Positions 1 to 10,236 of a stretch of DNA of 64,000 bases are shown here, piece by piece (the stretch's first letter is position 1; each line of letters starts with the position of its first letter). Origin of the DNA: Alphaproteobacteria bacterium (lineage in GTDB: Bacteria > Pseudomonadota > Alphaproteobacteria > MPNO01 > UBA830); the NCBI GenBank assembly GCA_965243135.1, contig OZ251539.1, forward strand, positions 2,976,001 to 3,040,000, in the 5' to 3' direction. The position numbers were made by a program, and so were the translations under genes. The notes under the pieces are model-generated. The model was not told the DNA's origin, did no database searches, and saw nothing but the letters and a program-made list of their open reading frames with translations.

Positions 1-3000
1 TCCCGCGCCGCCGCAGGACGGCCGCCGAGAAAGGCGCGGGCCTCGTCCATGGCGTCGACCATCCGCGCATGGCCGCTCGCCGCGCGGATCAGGTCGAGCA
101 GGTCGCCCTTCTCGCCGGTCGCGGCGTCGGTCCACTTGCCCCGGCGGCCGCCCGCCAGATGGACGTAGAGCGACTGGCCGCGCTCTCCCGCCACCGACCC
201 CGCCTGCCAGTAGTTGCCGGCGCGCCGGCCGTTCGGCAGCCAGGTCCGGCAGACTTCCTCCGCCCGCGCCGCCAGCGCCGCGGACAGGTCCGCCGCCGAG
301 GGCCGCGGCGCGCTGCGCTCGGGCGCCGGCGCCATCTCCTCCTCCGCGTTCCGGAACGTGGATTCGCCGTTCCGTTCATGCCCGGGCGCGGCGGCCTTCC
401 GGTAGCCGTCCGCGCGAAGGTACTGCGTCTCGAATTCGTCCAGGTCATCCTTGCCGATCCCGGCGACGCGGTCCAGCACCGGCGCGTAGCGGCGGGGCTT
501 CGCCCGCCAGCGCGCCGCCATCTCCAGCGCCGCCGCGTGCCGCGCCAGCGTCGCGGCGAAGGCCGGCTCGGCCGCCACCGCCGGGCCTTCCCGGCGCGCC
601 CGCTCGCGCAGGTATCCCCAAGCTTCCATGATCTCGCCGCGTTCGCGCGCGAAAGCGCGCATCTCCTCTCCGTAGCGCAGGTCGAGGGCGGCGTTGCGGA
701 CGGCGCGCGCCATCCTCGCGCTCCAGTTGTCGTTCGCCGCGCGCGCCTCCGCCGTCCGCCCGGCGTCCGCGGCGTCATTGGCCGGCTCCGCGTCCCCGCC
801 GCCGGCCGCCTCGCGCCGTTCCGGACCCGCGGCCCGTTCGGCGTCCGCGCGTCCGGAGTCCGGCGCAGCCCCGGAAGTTCCGGCCGACCGCGCGTTCCTT
901 CCGGCCTTCCCGAAGGCGCCGTCCCGTCCGTCCTCGCGGCCCGGGCTCCGCCCGTCCCGCGCCGCCTCGCGTTCCGCCCGCATCCTGGCCCGCAGCTCGT
1001 CCGACATGTGGTCGACGGCCGCGACCTTCGGCTGCTCCCGCGACCACCGCTGCGCCAGATACTCCTTCACCTCTTCGTCGGTGACCGGCTCGTCCATCCG
1101 GTCTTCCGGCCGCCGCGCCGCGACGTCCATCGCCAGCGGCTCGCGGTCGACGTAGACGTCGAGACCTTTGCGATGACGGGTCGCCGCCGGATAGATCGTC
1201 TCCCTCGCCGGCTTGTCGTCGGCCAGCAGGAACGCATGGTCGACCGTCGCCCCCTGCGCCGAGGTGATCGTCAGGGCGTAGCCGTAGTCGAGCCGGATGT
1301 TGCCCCGGAAGTCCGCGATCTCGTCGTGCGCGAACGTCACCCGCCGTCCGTCTTCCGTATGCGCCTCGATCCACAGCCGGAAATCGTCCCCGCCCGAGGT
1401 CTTCCGCCCATCCGCCAGTTTCTCGATCCGGAAGTCGTCGACCGTGACGATCGTGCCGTTGAACAGCCGCTCGTCCCAGTGCGGCGCGCCGCAGCGCAAC
1501 CGGTCGCCGCGCGCGATCTCCAGCGGCGTCGCCCGCCGGTCGTCCAGTTTCCCCCGCGCGACCCGCACGACCGCCCGCTCTGCGTCCTCGCGCCCGGCGA
1601 GGACGCGCTCCCGCATCAGGAAGGACAGCGCGCCCACCTCCGCGTGCGTGCGCGCCAGAACCATCGTCGACCTGTCCGGGTTCTCGCGCCGGTAGCGGTC
1701 CCAATCGTCGACCAGCGCCGTCAGCGCGCTCTCCCGGTCCGCCGCGAGATGAAACCGCCCGCGCGCGTCCCACGCGGCGATCGCTTCCTCGGCCCGGCAG
1801 TCCTTCAGCGCCTCCGACGCCGCTACCTGCCACGGCGTGAACTCCGGCTTGTCCGCCGTCTCCGCGAACGCCCGGAGGCGCGCCTCGCGCTCCTCCGCCG
1901 GCATCATCCCGGCCTTGAGCCGCGCCGTCTCCGGGTCGAGCCCGTCGACGTGCCGCAGCACGTCGTCGATGTCAGGAAGCTGCCTGCGGATGCGGTCGAC
2001 CCGCGCGCTGCCGGCCACGTCGCGCACCAGCCGCAGTCCCGGCCCGGCCTCCACCGGCTGCTGCTGTTCGGTGTCGCCGGCCCACAGGATCTTCGCTCCC
2101 GTGAGCTTCGACAGCCGCATCAGGCTGTACGCCTGCCGCACCGAAAGCATCCCCGCCTCGTCGACGAAGATCACCGTCCGGTCGTCGATCTCGAGCTGTC
2201 CCTTCGCCGCCATCCGCAGCAGCCGGGCGACCGAATACGGCGGGATTTCGCAGTCGTTGGCGAGCGCCACCGCCGTCCGCCACGCCACCGCGGCGCCCAG
2301 CAACCTGTACCCGCGGTCCCGGTACAGGTCGGCGACCGGCCGCAACGTCGTCGTCTTGCCCGATCCCGCCGCGCCCTCGATGATCGTCACCCGGCCGGCG
2401 CGCCCGGCCGCGTGCCGGATCGCCTCCGTCTGCTCCTCCGACAGCGGGTAGCCGTCCTTCAGCAGCAGCTCGATCTTCGCTTCGATCTCCTGGGCCGGCA
2501 CCGCGAAGCCGGCGGCGCGGACGGCCTCTTCGGCCATATCCCGGATCTCCTCCTCCATCCCGACATGCGCCTTCGTCGAGAAGGCCCGCGTATGCGCGAG
2601 CCCGGCCTCCGCGTCCGCCGAGTCCTCCGGCTTGTCCATGCGCACGATCTCTTCATGGCGCAGCGCGCGCTCCAGGCAGGTCGCGATCGCGTCGCGGTCG
2701 AGCAGCCCCGCGGTCGCGTTCTGAACCCGCTCGACGATGTCGGGCAGGCGGAACACCGCTTCCTCGCGGGTGAGGTCGGCGGGCAGCTTCTCCAGGGTTT
2801 CCGTGAGCTTCCGGATCGCTTCCTGCGTCGTCTCGATCTCGTGCCCGGCCGCTTTTTCGATCATCTCGCGGACGTTCTCGACGAACGCTTCCGCCTCGCG
2901 CCGCCAGCGTTCGTGGCGCTCCTCCGAACCGTTGTCGTGATATTCCTTCCGCGCCCGGGACGACAGGTTCGCCTGCGCCGCCCGCGACGCGTTGCCCTTC

Positions 3001-3782
3001 ACCGAATATCCCTTCTTCGCCGCTTCCTCCTCGATCGTCCGCCGCCGCTTCGACCATTCCTCGACCAGATCCTCGGGGATCCCGACGATGCGCGTGAACT
3101 CGCCCCGCGCGCCGTACCGCTCCGTCCGGATGCCGAGCCGCTCCCGGAGGTTCCACGCCAGCGCGTTGCGGTAGGTCGCGCCGGCCGCCATTTTCCATCG
3201 GTAGAGCGGGTACTGGTGGACCGCCCGGAACTTCCCGTCGAAATGCGCCCGCGCGACGTTCAGGATCACGCAGTGCGTATGCAGTTGCGGGTCGTTCGCC
3301 CGCGACGAGCCGTGCTGGAACGTCGCCGCCATCAGGTCGGCGTCGACGACCTTGATGATGCGCTCTCGCGTCCGGATCCGCGTGTAGCTGCAATGCGCGA
3401 CGACGACCTCCTCGAGCGCCGTCCGCGCCGCGTCGTTGTGCGCCCGCTCGATCTCCGCCCGCAGTTCGGGGTCCGCCACCGCCCACAGCGCCGACACCGT
3501 CTTGTCCGCGGAGAACGTCATGTCGAGGCCGGCCGAACGGCCTTCCTTGCCCGCGTTCTGCGTCAGCGCCGACCCGTCGACCGGGGAAAAGCCGCCGTAG
3601 AGAGCCATCCAGTCGGCGGTCTCGACCTTGCCGCCGTCGGCGAGATCGAACAGGCCGGACGGATTGAACCAGACTCCGTCCGGCTCCTCGCCGCCGACGT
3701 AGTACGAATCGGCCGGCCGGTACGACTGTTGGCATTCCATGTAATAGGCGGCGTCCGCCGCCTGGCCGAGCGAGCAGACCAT
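1..3782 (-). CDS. MobF (TrwC/TraI-like) relaxase-helicase with C-terminal primase-type domain; 3' end lies outside the window
   Basis: Hand translation from ATG 3782: MVCSLGQAADAAYYMECQQSYRPADSYY (two YY pairs), DMTFSADKTVS, HUH motif DPQLHTH, Walker A IIEGAAGSGKTT, VIFVDEAGML. It is absent from the ORF track because there is no in-window stop; + ORF 69..3944 is its antisense shadow. Confidence 0.92.
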   Translation of the reverse strand, partial: MVCSLGQAADAAYYMECQQSYRPADSYYVGGEEPDGVWFNPSGLFDLADGGKVETADWMALYGGFSPVDGSALTQNAGKEGRSAGLDMTFSADKTVSALWAVADPELRAEIERAHNDAARTALEEVVVAHCSYTRIRTRERIIKVVDADLMAATFQHGSSRANDPQLHTHCVILNVARAHFDGKFRAVHQYPLYRWKMAAGATYRNALAWNLRERLGIRTERYGARGEFTRIVGIPEDLVEEWSKRRRTIEEEAAKKGYSVKGNASRAAQANLSSRARKEYHDNGSEERHERWRREAEAFVENVREMIEKAAGHEIETTQEAIRKLTETLEKLPADLTREEAVFRLPDIVERVQNATAGLLDRDAIATCLERALRHEEIVRMDKPEDSADAEAGLAHTRAFSTKAHVGMEEEIRDMAEEAVRAAGFAVPAQEIEAKIELLLKDGYPLSEEQTEAIRHAAGRAGRVTIIEGAAGSGKTTTLRPVADLYRDRGYRLLGAAVAWRTAVALANDCEIPPYSVARLLRMAAKGQLEIDDRTVIFVDEAGMLSVRQAYSLMRLSKLTGAKILWAGDTEQQQPVEAGPGLRLVRDVAGSARVDRIRRQLPDIDDVLRHVDGLDPETARLKAGMMPAEEREARLRAFAETADKPEFTPWQVAASEALKDCRAEEAIAAWDARGRFHLAADRESALTALVDDWDRYRRENPDRSTMVLARTHAEVGALSFLMRERVLAGREDAERAVVRVARGKLDDRRATPLEIARGDRLRCGAPHWDERLFNGTIVTVDDFRIEKLADGRKTSGGDDFRLWIEAHTEDGRRVTFAHDEIADFRGNIRLDYGYALTITSAQGATVDHAFLLADDKPARETIYPAATRHRKGLDVYVDREPLAMDVAARRPEDRMDEPVTDEEVKEYLAQRWSREQPKVAAVDHMSDELRARMRAEREAARDGRSPGREDGRDGAFGKAGRNARSAGTSGAAPDSGRADAERAAGPERREAAGGGDAEPANDAADAGRTAEARAANDNWSARMARAVRNAALDLRYGEEMRAFARERGEIMEAWGYLRERARREGPAVAAEPAFAATLARHAAALEMAARWRAKPRRYAPVLDRVAGIGKDDLDEFETQYLRADGYRKAAAPGHERNGESTFRNAEEEMAPAPERSAPRPSAADLSAALAARAEEVCRTWLPNGRRAGNYWQAGSVAGERGQSLYVHLAGGRRGKWTDAATGEKGDLLDLIRAASGHARMVDAMDEARAFLGGRPAAAR

Positions 3783-3884
3783 CAGCCGCGCTCCCGCGGC
3801 GGTGCCGGGCGGCGGTTTCCGCGCCCGTCCGGCGGGCGGATTCCCCCTTCTTTTCGGCGCTTTCGGGGCCCGGCGGGCGCCGTC

Positions 3885-3960
3885 AGGCGGAGCCGCGGGC
3901 GGGTCGGCCCCGCAGCCGCGCGCGCCGGAGGTGCACAGGTGTGAAGACCAGACATGACCT
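3885..3960 (+). promoter_or_regulatory. Putative oriT with nic at 3942/3943 (AGGTGT^GAAG)
   Basis: Lies just upstream of the MobF gene. GGTGT^ resembles MobF-family nic sites (F, R46), is preceded by a GC hairpin (gcggg..cccgc) and coincides with the duplication junction. Confidence 0.55.
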
Positions 3961-5278
3961 TTTCGCGGTTGCGGGGGATGGAGTATAGGCGCCGGTCACT
4001 GAAGAGCAAGGGGGACGGGGAGCGGTCGTGAGAGTCCGAGGCCGCCGCTCGCGAGCGTTTCGTTGCGCTGGGGGCCGCGCCGAGGGGGCAGGTTGGAGCG
4101 GCTATCGGGTACCGCCTCTGCCTTCGGGGCGAAATGGACGGCGCGCGAGCGCAATGGCAGCGGCGCGAACAGGCATCGGTTCCCCCGGGCGGCAGGGCCT
4201 GGTCAGCGAAGGGGCGGTACGACCGTCAACCGTTCAGCGGCGCTTGCCGCCTTCGTTTGCGATCGGAGCCGGAAGATCCTTCAGGCGGTCCGGGGGATCC
4301 TGCGCTCAGAGTCCGATCGCCGCATCGGGATCGCCGGCGGCGAGCGCATTCATCCAACCGAGGCAAAGCTCGCGGGATCGGAAGCTTCCGTAAGCCGCGG
4401 CTTCCTGACGTTGAACGATCGGAAAAGTCGAGTAGACGTACCGGACATCGTCGCGGTCGGTCACGCCGTAAAGGTGAAAGAAAACGGCGTCCAGCTTCGC
4501 GCGAAGCGAGAGGCGGCGATCCTCGTCCCAAAGAAACGGCGGCAGGACTTCGCCGTTTCCGTCTACGTGGTCGAGGGCGCTGGCAAAAGGGGCCATGTCG
4601 TGGGCCGTGTGAAGACCAGACATGACCTTTTCGCGGTTGCGGGGGATGGAGTATAGGCGCCGGTCACTGAAGAGCAAGGGGGACGGGGAGCGGTCGTGAG
4701 AGTCCGAGGCCGCCGCTCGCGAGCGTTTCGTTGCGCTGGGGGCCGCGCCGAGGGGGCAGGTTGGAGCGGCTATCGGGTACCGCCTCTGCCTTCGGGGCGA
4801 AATGGACGGCGCGCGAGCGCAATGGCAGCGGCGCGAACAGGCATCGGTTCCCCCGGGCGGCAGGGCCTGGTCAGCGAAGGGGCGGTACGACCGTCAACCG
4901 TTCAGCGGCGCTTGCCGCCTTCGTTTGCGATCGGAGCCGGAAGATCCTTCAGGCGGTCCGGGGGATCCTGCGCTCAGAGTCCGATCGCCGCATCGGGATC
5001 GCCGGCGGCGAGCGCATTCATCCAACCGAGGCAAAGCTCGCGGGATCGGAAGCTTCCGTAAGCCGCGGCTTCCTGCCGTTCAACGATCGGAAAAGTCGAG
5101 TAGACGTACCGGACATCGTCGCGGTCGGTCACGCCGTAAAGGTGAAAGAAAACGGCGTCCAGCTTCGCGCGAAGCGAGAGGCGGCGATCCTCGTCCCAAA
5201 GAAACGGCGGCAGGACTTCGCCGTTTCCGTCTACGTGGTCGAGGGCGCTGGCAAAAGGGGCCATGTCGTGGGCCGTGT
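3943..5278. repeat. 668-bp direct tandem duplication (3943-4610 and 4611-5278)
   Basis: Two near-identical copies. The differences I saw are ctgacgttgaac vs ctgccgttcaac. GTGT microhomology at 3939-3942, 4607-4610 and 5275-5278. Confidence 0.97.
4306..4610 (-). pseudogene. Duplicated 3' end (~100 codons) of the Type IIG RM gene
   Basis: TAHDMAPFASALD...DPDAAIGL matches the C-terminus of 4974..8981 with one aa change (VQRQ vs VERQ). Confidence 0.9.
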
Positions 5279-8200
5279 AGGTCAGTTCCAGCACCGCCTC
5301 GCGGACGATTTCTCCTGCCGACTTCGGTCCGAAATTGATCGTCTCGTAGCGTTCCCGAGGAACGACGGGAAGTTGCTCGATTATGAACAGGTTCAAGTTC
5401 TGTCCCTGGACCTTCTGGCGGACGACGTAATCCAGCGGAACCGAATTGAGGTTGGCGACCAGCAGTGCGGTAGTGCCTGCCGGATCTTCGCCGACGTTGA
5501 GCAACGGCAGGGAATTTCCGGCTCCGCACACGGGCAGGACCGCGGCGATCATCGACCGCATGTTCGTTGGAGAGGTGACATGTTTCAAGCCGAGAACGTA
5601 CGACGTACCGGGAAGTTCCGCCCCTTCCTTCAACACCCAGAATTGCGGATCAGGCAGCCAGTCCGGGTCCTGGTGCTGCTTTGCCGTCGCCGGCGCCGGC
5701 TGTGCGGGACGGTGCACGTTCTCCCGGTTCACGGCGACGCTGGCTGCCCGGTGGTCGTACGCCTGCACCATCTTGCCTTCGTAGAGCGGCAGCCACTCGC
5801 CCTTCGGGCTGTCGTAGCGATTTCCGCCGACCAACCAGGCGCCTTCCTTTTCCTCGAGTTCCCACCGCATCCGGAAAAGATGGGAATCGTTGGTCATGTC
5901 GAACATCCGGGTATAAGTCACCGGCCAGACGGCGACCGGCTCGCCCCCCGAACGGTCGACCAGAACCGGCAGGCGTTCGTAGATGGCCGTCGTCAGTTCC
6001 GCGTCGCGGGGGGTGCGGAATATCGGCGCGGTGCCGGTGTTGGGATTAACCCGCGCGAACTCCGCAGCGGTCAGCGGAAAACTGCGCTCCGGGATTTCGG
6101 AAACGGCATGCATGTAGAACGCGCACCGCGCCGGCGCGCCGGTCGGCGACCCGGAAGCGACAAAGACGCAGAATTTGAAACGGCTGTCCACATCCGGAAA
6201 AAAGCCTCTTTTGTTCTCGAAGTCGTACAGCGCCCTGAGTCGGCCCGCGGTCGCTACGCTCTTGAAGAAATCGGCAGCGGTCTTATCCGAGGCGATGCCG
6301 GAAGGCGTGAGCAGTCCGACGATGCCTTCCGGCCGGATCAGCGCCATGGCGCGCTCGACGAACAACGCATAAAGGTTCATGTCGCCGCATGACAACAGGG
6401 GATAATCGTTCGAGGCGCGCGCCATGCGCGCCATGGCCTCGGCACGTTCGCGGGCTTCGTCGTATTCCGCCGCGAGCGGATCCTCTTCCCGTTCCATAGC
6501 GGCAATCATGCGCCTGCGGTCAGCGGCGCGGGTCGCTGCCGCGATCTCCAGACGCCGCGCCGCAAACCACTCCACCTGTTGCAACTTCACCCGGTCCCAG
6601 GGTGGATTGCCGACAACCGCATCGAAACCCCCCTCGCGGTCACGCGCCTGCCAATTTCTCCAGACGCCGGGAAACGCCACCTGCCAGCTGAGAAATCGTT
6701 CGTCGGCCATCAACCCGAAGGCACGTCGGAGAAGCCCGGCGAAACGTTCCGCATCCGCGCCGGTGGCCGCCACGCCTGTCCGCCCCAGCGCTATGTCGAG
6801 CGGATCTCCGAATTGGCCGTCGAAGAAGGCATGCACGGCGCTAGTGTCTTCAGGTTCGCAAATCCAGTCGAGGGCGTGCACCAGCGAAAGAAAGGCGTCC
6901 AGCGGCGCTGTGCGTTCGCGAACGTCGTCAAAAATTTCCGCCGATCTGTCGGCTTCCGCGATTTCGGCGTCCGTCAGCGCCTCGATCGTCTCCATTTCCC
7001 TTTCCGCGGAGGTCGCCCGCCGCAACGGTTCGTGCAGCAGCAGCGGCGACCCGTGCGCGGCCGCCCGGTCGGTTCCCTCCCGAACCCAGGATCCGAACAG
7101 GCTGTTCCCGCAGCGGAGGTGGTGATCAAGGAAGCTCAGCGGCGCTCCGACAGTGAAGGTATGCAACCAGAGCGCCACCTTCGCGAGCTCTACCGCCATC
7201 GGATTCTTGTCTACGCCGTAGACGCAACGCTTGAGCACCATCCGCCGAACGATGTGACGGTCGTCGAGCCGCTCCGGGTCGATAGTCCAGCTCCCGGCCT
7301 CCGCGTTGGCCAGCACGGTGCGGCGGATGTCCGCGATGCGCGCGTTCAACGGCGAACGGTAGCCGTCTACCGCCGCCTCCGCATCGGCGATCGCGGCAAG
7401 AGTGCGATCCGATAGGTAATCCACCACGCCGACCAAGAAATGCCCTGAACCCATCGACGGATCGCACACCTTGAGCAGCAAGATCGCTTCCGCAGGATCG
7501 AGTCTCTCGAGCGATTTTTCTCCGGCCCGGGCAGCGTCCATAAACGCATCGAGGCGGGCGTCAATCAGCGGGTCGAGCGTCTCCCGCAAGACTACCCCGA
7601 CGAGGTCGTCCGGCGTGTAATAGCTCCCTGAGCTTTTGCGGGCGAAGAGGTTGGGGCGAATCGCTATGCCGCCCTCCTCGCGCGCGATCTCCTGCTCCAG
7701 CAAACGCTCGTAGATGGATCCGAGTTGTCCGACGCCGAGGTCCCGGTAGTTGATGTATCGGCGTCCGGGACCCTCGTAAGACAGGATGTCGATCACTTCC
7801 GACATCACGTCGTCGCCGATCCTGATGCGCTCCAGAAGCGGCATCCGCCTCCGGTCGAACAACCCGCCGTTGTATGGCGGCAGTCCGATCCTCGGGTCTC
7901 CCTCGCCGACGATTCGGCAGAGATCGTCGATCGCCGTCCAGTAGCGGGTGGTGGCCGGCGAAAACGGAAGCCCCTGGTTCAAGCGATTTCCGATCTCGCC
8001 TCGCACCTTTTCCCGCAGGGCGTAGTCCGCGTAACGGGGATCGCGGACCGGAAGCAGGTCGCGATCCTCCGCATAGAGAATGAAGAGCAGCCGGTAAAGC
8101 AGAATCAGCGTGGCTTCCCGTACCTCGGCAGCCGCCGCGTCCGGCGCGCCGGCCGCGATCGCGCCGGCGAGCACCGGGAAGACCCGCCCGAAGATCGTTT

Positions 8201-8981
8201 CCGACAGATTGGCGGCGACGCGTTGTTCGTAGAAACGGCTTTTCTCGATGGAGCGCTCGTGGAACGTTCGCTCGTCCGCCGGTCCGGGACGGAAGCTGTT
8301 CCGCTGGAAGAGCAGCGAGAAAACCTTGAACCACCAGCGGCGCTCGTCGGGAGAAAGTTCTCCCGAAAGGCCGAGCGCTGCCGACAGATCGACTTCCAGA
8401 AACTGTTCGGCGATCGAGCGGGCGCCGGAAAAATAGAGTCGCCACCGTTCGCCGTTCGACAGGATCCCCCAGCGAATGGCGCCGTCCGTGAGGATTTCGG
8501 CGCGGCGGAGATAGTGGATCATCTGGTGCGACGGCGCGGACAGTCCGCCGCGGTCCGACGCGCGGTCCAGCGGGAGACGCCAGCGTTTCGCCTCGACGAT
8601 GGCGAGCCCGAGCGTGTAGCGGCGCGCTTCGTCGGCAAACTCGTTAGCTCGCATTTTCGCCGCGTCGTCGAGAAAAAGAAGCCCGTCCGGAACTTCGCTT
8701 CGCCCGCGGATCGAAAGGTTCTGCTGGCGAAGGTTCGCCGTCCAGCCGAGCCGATCCAGCACCGGCCAGATCAGGTCGTCCTCGGTCTGCGTCTCGTTCG
8801 GCGTCCCGCCCGTCGGAAAAACGTCGAAAATGCCGCGGATTTCCCTTTCGAGATCGTCCGCATCACCGAGACCGCGCCACTCCGGGGTCTCGGCGATAGT
8901 GTCGGTCAGGAAATCTTCAGCGAACAGGCTGCCGCGAATAGGTATGCTCACAGGCCTCCGCTCCTCGACGTTCCACCGCAC
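4974..8981 (-). CDS. Type IIG (Eco57I-like) fused restriction endonuclease/N6-adenine methyltransferase, 1335 aa
   Basis: N-terminal PD..EAK nuclease motif (VPDGLLF...IVEAKR), SGSYYTP, SAM motif DPSMGSGHFL, GVDKNP, catalytic VVGNPPW, C-terminal specificity region. Confidence 0.92.
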   Translation of the reverse strand: MRWNVEERRPVSIPIRGSLFAEDFLTDTIAETPEWRGLGDADDLEREIRGIFDVFPTGGTPNETQTEDDLIWPVLDRLGWTANLRQQNLSIRGRSEVPDGLLFLDDAAKMRANEFADEARRYTLGLAIVEAKRWRLPLDRASDRGGLSAPSHQMIHYLRRAEILTDGAIRWGILSNGERWRLYFSGARSIAEQFLEVDLSAALGLSGELSPDERRWWFKVFSLLFQRNSFRPGPADERTFHERSIEKSRFYEQRVAANLSETIFGRVFPVLAGAIAAGAPDAAAAEVREATLILLYRLLFILYAEDRDLLPVRDPRYADYALREKVRGEIGNRLNQGLPFSPATTRYWTAIDDLCRIVGEGDPRIGLPPYNGGLFDRRRMPLLERIRIGDDVMSEVIDILSYEGPGRRYINYRDLGVGQLGSIYERLLEQEIAREEGGIAIRPNLFARKSSGSYYTPDDLVGVVLRETLDPLIDARLDAFMDAARAGEKSLERLDPAEAILLLKVCDPSMGSGHFLVGVVDYLSDRTLAAIADAEAAVDGYRSPLNARIADIRRTVLANAEAGSWTIDPERLDDRHIVRRMVLKRCVYGVDKNPMAVELAKVALWLHTFTVGAPLSFLDHHLRCGNSLFGSWVREGTDRAAAHGSPLLLHEPLRRATSAEREMETIEALTDAEIAEADRSAEIFDDVRERTAPLDAFLSLVHALDWICEPEDTSAVHAFFDGQFGDPLDIALGRTGVAATGADAERFAGLLRRAFGLMADERFLSWQVAFPGVWRNWQARDREGGFDAVVGNPPWDRVKLQQVEWFAARRLEIAAATRAADRRRMIAAMEREEDPLAAEYDEARERAEAMARMARASNDYPLLSCGDMNLYALFVERAMALIRPEGIVGLLTPSGIASDKTAADFFKSVATAGRLRALYDFENKRGFFPDVDSRFKFCVFVASGSPTGAPARCAFYMHAVSEIPERSFPLTAAEFARVNPNTGTAPIFRTPRDAELTTAIYERLPVLVDRSGGEPVAVWPVTYTRMFDMTNDSHLFRMRWELEEKEGAWLVGGNRYDSPKGEWLPLYEGKMVQAYDHRAASVAVNRENVHRPAQPAPATAKQHQDPDWLPDPQFWVLKEGAELPGTSYVLGLKHVTSPTNMRSMIAAVLPVCGAGNSLPLLNVGEDPAGTTALLVANLNSVPLDYVVRQKVQGQNLNLFIIEQLPVVPRERYETINFGPKSAGEIVREAVLELTYTAHDMAPFASALDHVDGNGEVLPPFLWDEDRRLSLRAKLDAVFFHLYGVTDRDDVRYVYSTFPIVERQEAAAYGSFRSRELCLGWMNALAAGDPDAAIGL

Positions 8982-9059
8982 TTGGCGACCTCCTTACCAT
9001 GCGCGCCGCGATTCAGGAACTCAGACGCGAAACGTGGGGTTAGCGATGCGGGAATTCTT

Positions 9060-9300
9060 GCCAACGCCCTGACGCCGGGCTTGTTCTTCCGGGGCTTGCG
9101 ACGCCCGCGACAACGGCGAAACAATAGTGGCGGCCCTGCTCGACGCCGGTGCCAATGTCGAGGCGCGGACTAAATTCGGATCGACGCCCCGACGCCCCTG
9201 CACATATGGGCACGGTCCAGCGCGTCCTTTTCCGTGGCGTCGGCGCTCGTCGACGCCGAAGTATATGCGCGGGATAGACGGGGCGTCTGCTGGCGGCTCA
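9060..9300 (+). pseudogene. Ankyrin-repeat protein remnant
   Basis: ALLDAGANVEARTKFGSTP followed by a frameshifted TPLH; no intact ORF. Confidence 0.6.
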
Positions 9301-10236
9301 ACGACGCACGCTTCGAATGACCGCCATCCTGCAGCAAACAGGACCGTCAAGGAACCCAGGCAATACGCTTCCGCGAGACCCGCCGACGGCATACCCGGAA
9401 CGGCTTGCCGAAACTTCCGCGGGGCCGGGAGCGTGACTGAAACGGGCATGACCGGCGTCAACCGCCGCTCTATGGAAGCCTCGCCGAAGTTGCCCCGTAG
9501 AGGTTTTCAAGTCGGACTTCCGGGCGGCGGCGGAAAACAAAAATCCGCGCCGACCGTCCGGGAAGCCCCGACATGCCGAACCCGGCGTTCGCTTGCCCTT
9601 GTGGCGGGAGGATTTGGCGATGCGGAACGCCTGCGACTTCTTCTTCGCTTCCCGGCGGCGCGTCAAAGCATCGGGCGGCTGGACGACATGCCGAGTTCTG
9701 CGTCGGGATCGCTTCCGGCGCGACGAGGGCGGGTCCGGCGCGGCGGACGCCCGGAACGGGGATCCGTGGCTCCCGCAAAGGCGCTTGAATAGCGGAAGTT
9801 CGCCGCTCCCGGGGGCCGTGCAAGCGGCTGCCCTCTTTTCGGTCCGGCGGGCCGCTTATCCGATATTCTCCTCGGTTCGTTGCGGGCGCGTTCCCGCGCC
9901 GACGCCGCGCTCTTTCAGCAGCAAGGGATCCTGCGGCCAACCGGACCGCAACAACGCGGCACCGACGAGGGACAGCGTGCGATGGCGACAGCACGATGGC
10001 CTCGACAGCTCTCCCGGCATCGTTGAAATCCTGGTTCGGGGCGTTGTTGGCGGCTTCGGCATCGCCCGCGCCGCCCGGAGACGCACGCCAGTCTGCGCAG
10101 CCTTCTCCCGCTTCAGGGGGACGTCCGGCGCCCATAGCGGTCGGGGCAGGGCGACCGCGCTTTTTTCGTTGCAATGGCATCCGTCCCTGGCAGCATCGGA
10201 CTGGTCGCAACGATCGGACGCAGGGAAGGAGACGGG

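Noticed and set aside
69-3944. 1291-aa + strand ORF
   Set aside because: Antisense shadow in the same codon register as the relaxase; Arg/Pro-rich with no motifs. The same applies to most long overlapping ORFs in this GC-rich window (e.g. 25854..27941, 35952..37973, 56571..58784).
4974-8981. BREX PglX or DISARM methylase
   Set aside because: No brx/pgl/drm partner genes nearby; the N-terminal nuclease motif fits a stand-alone Type IIG enzyme.
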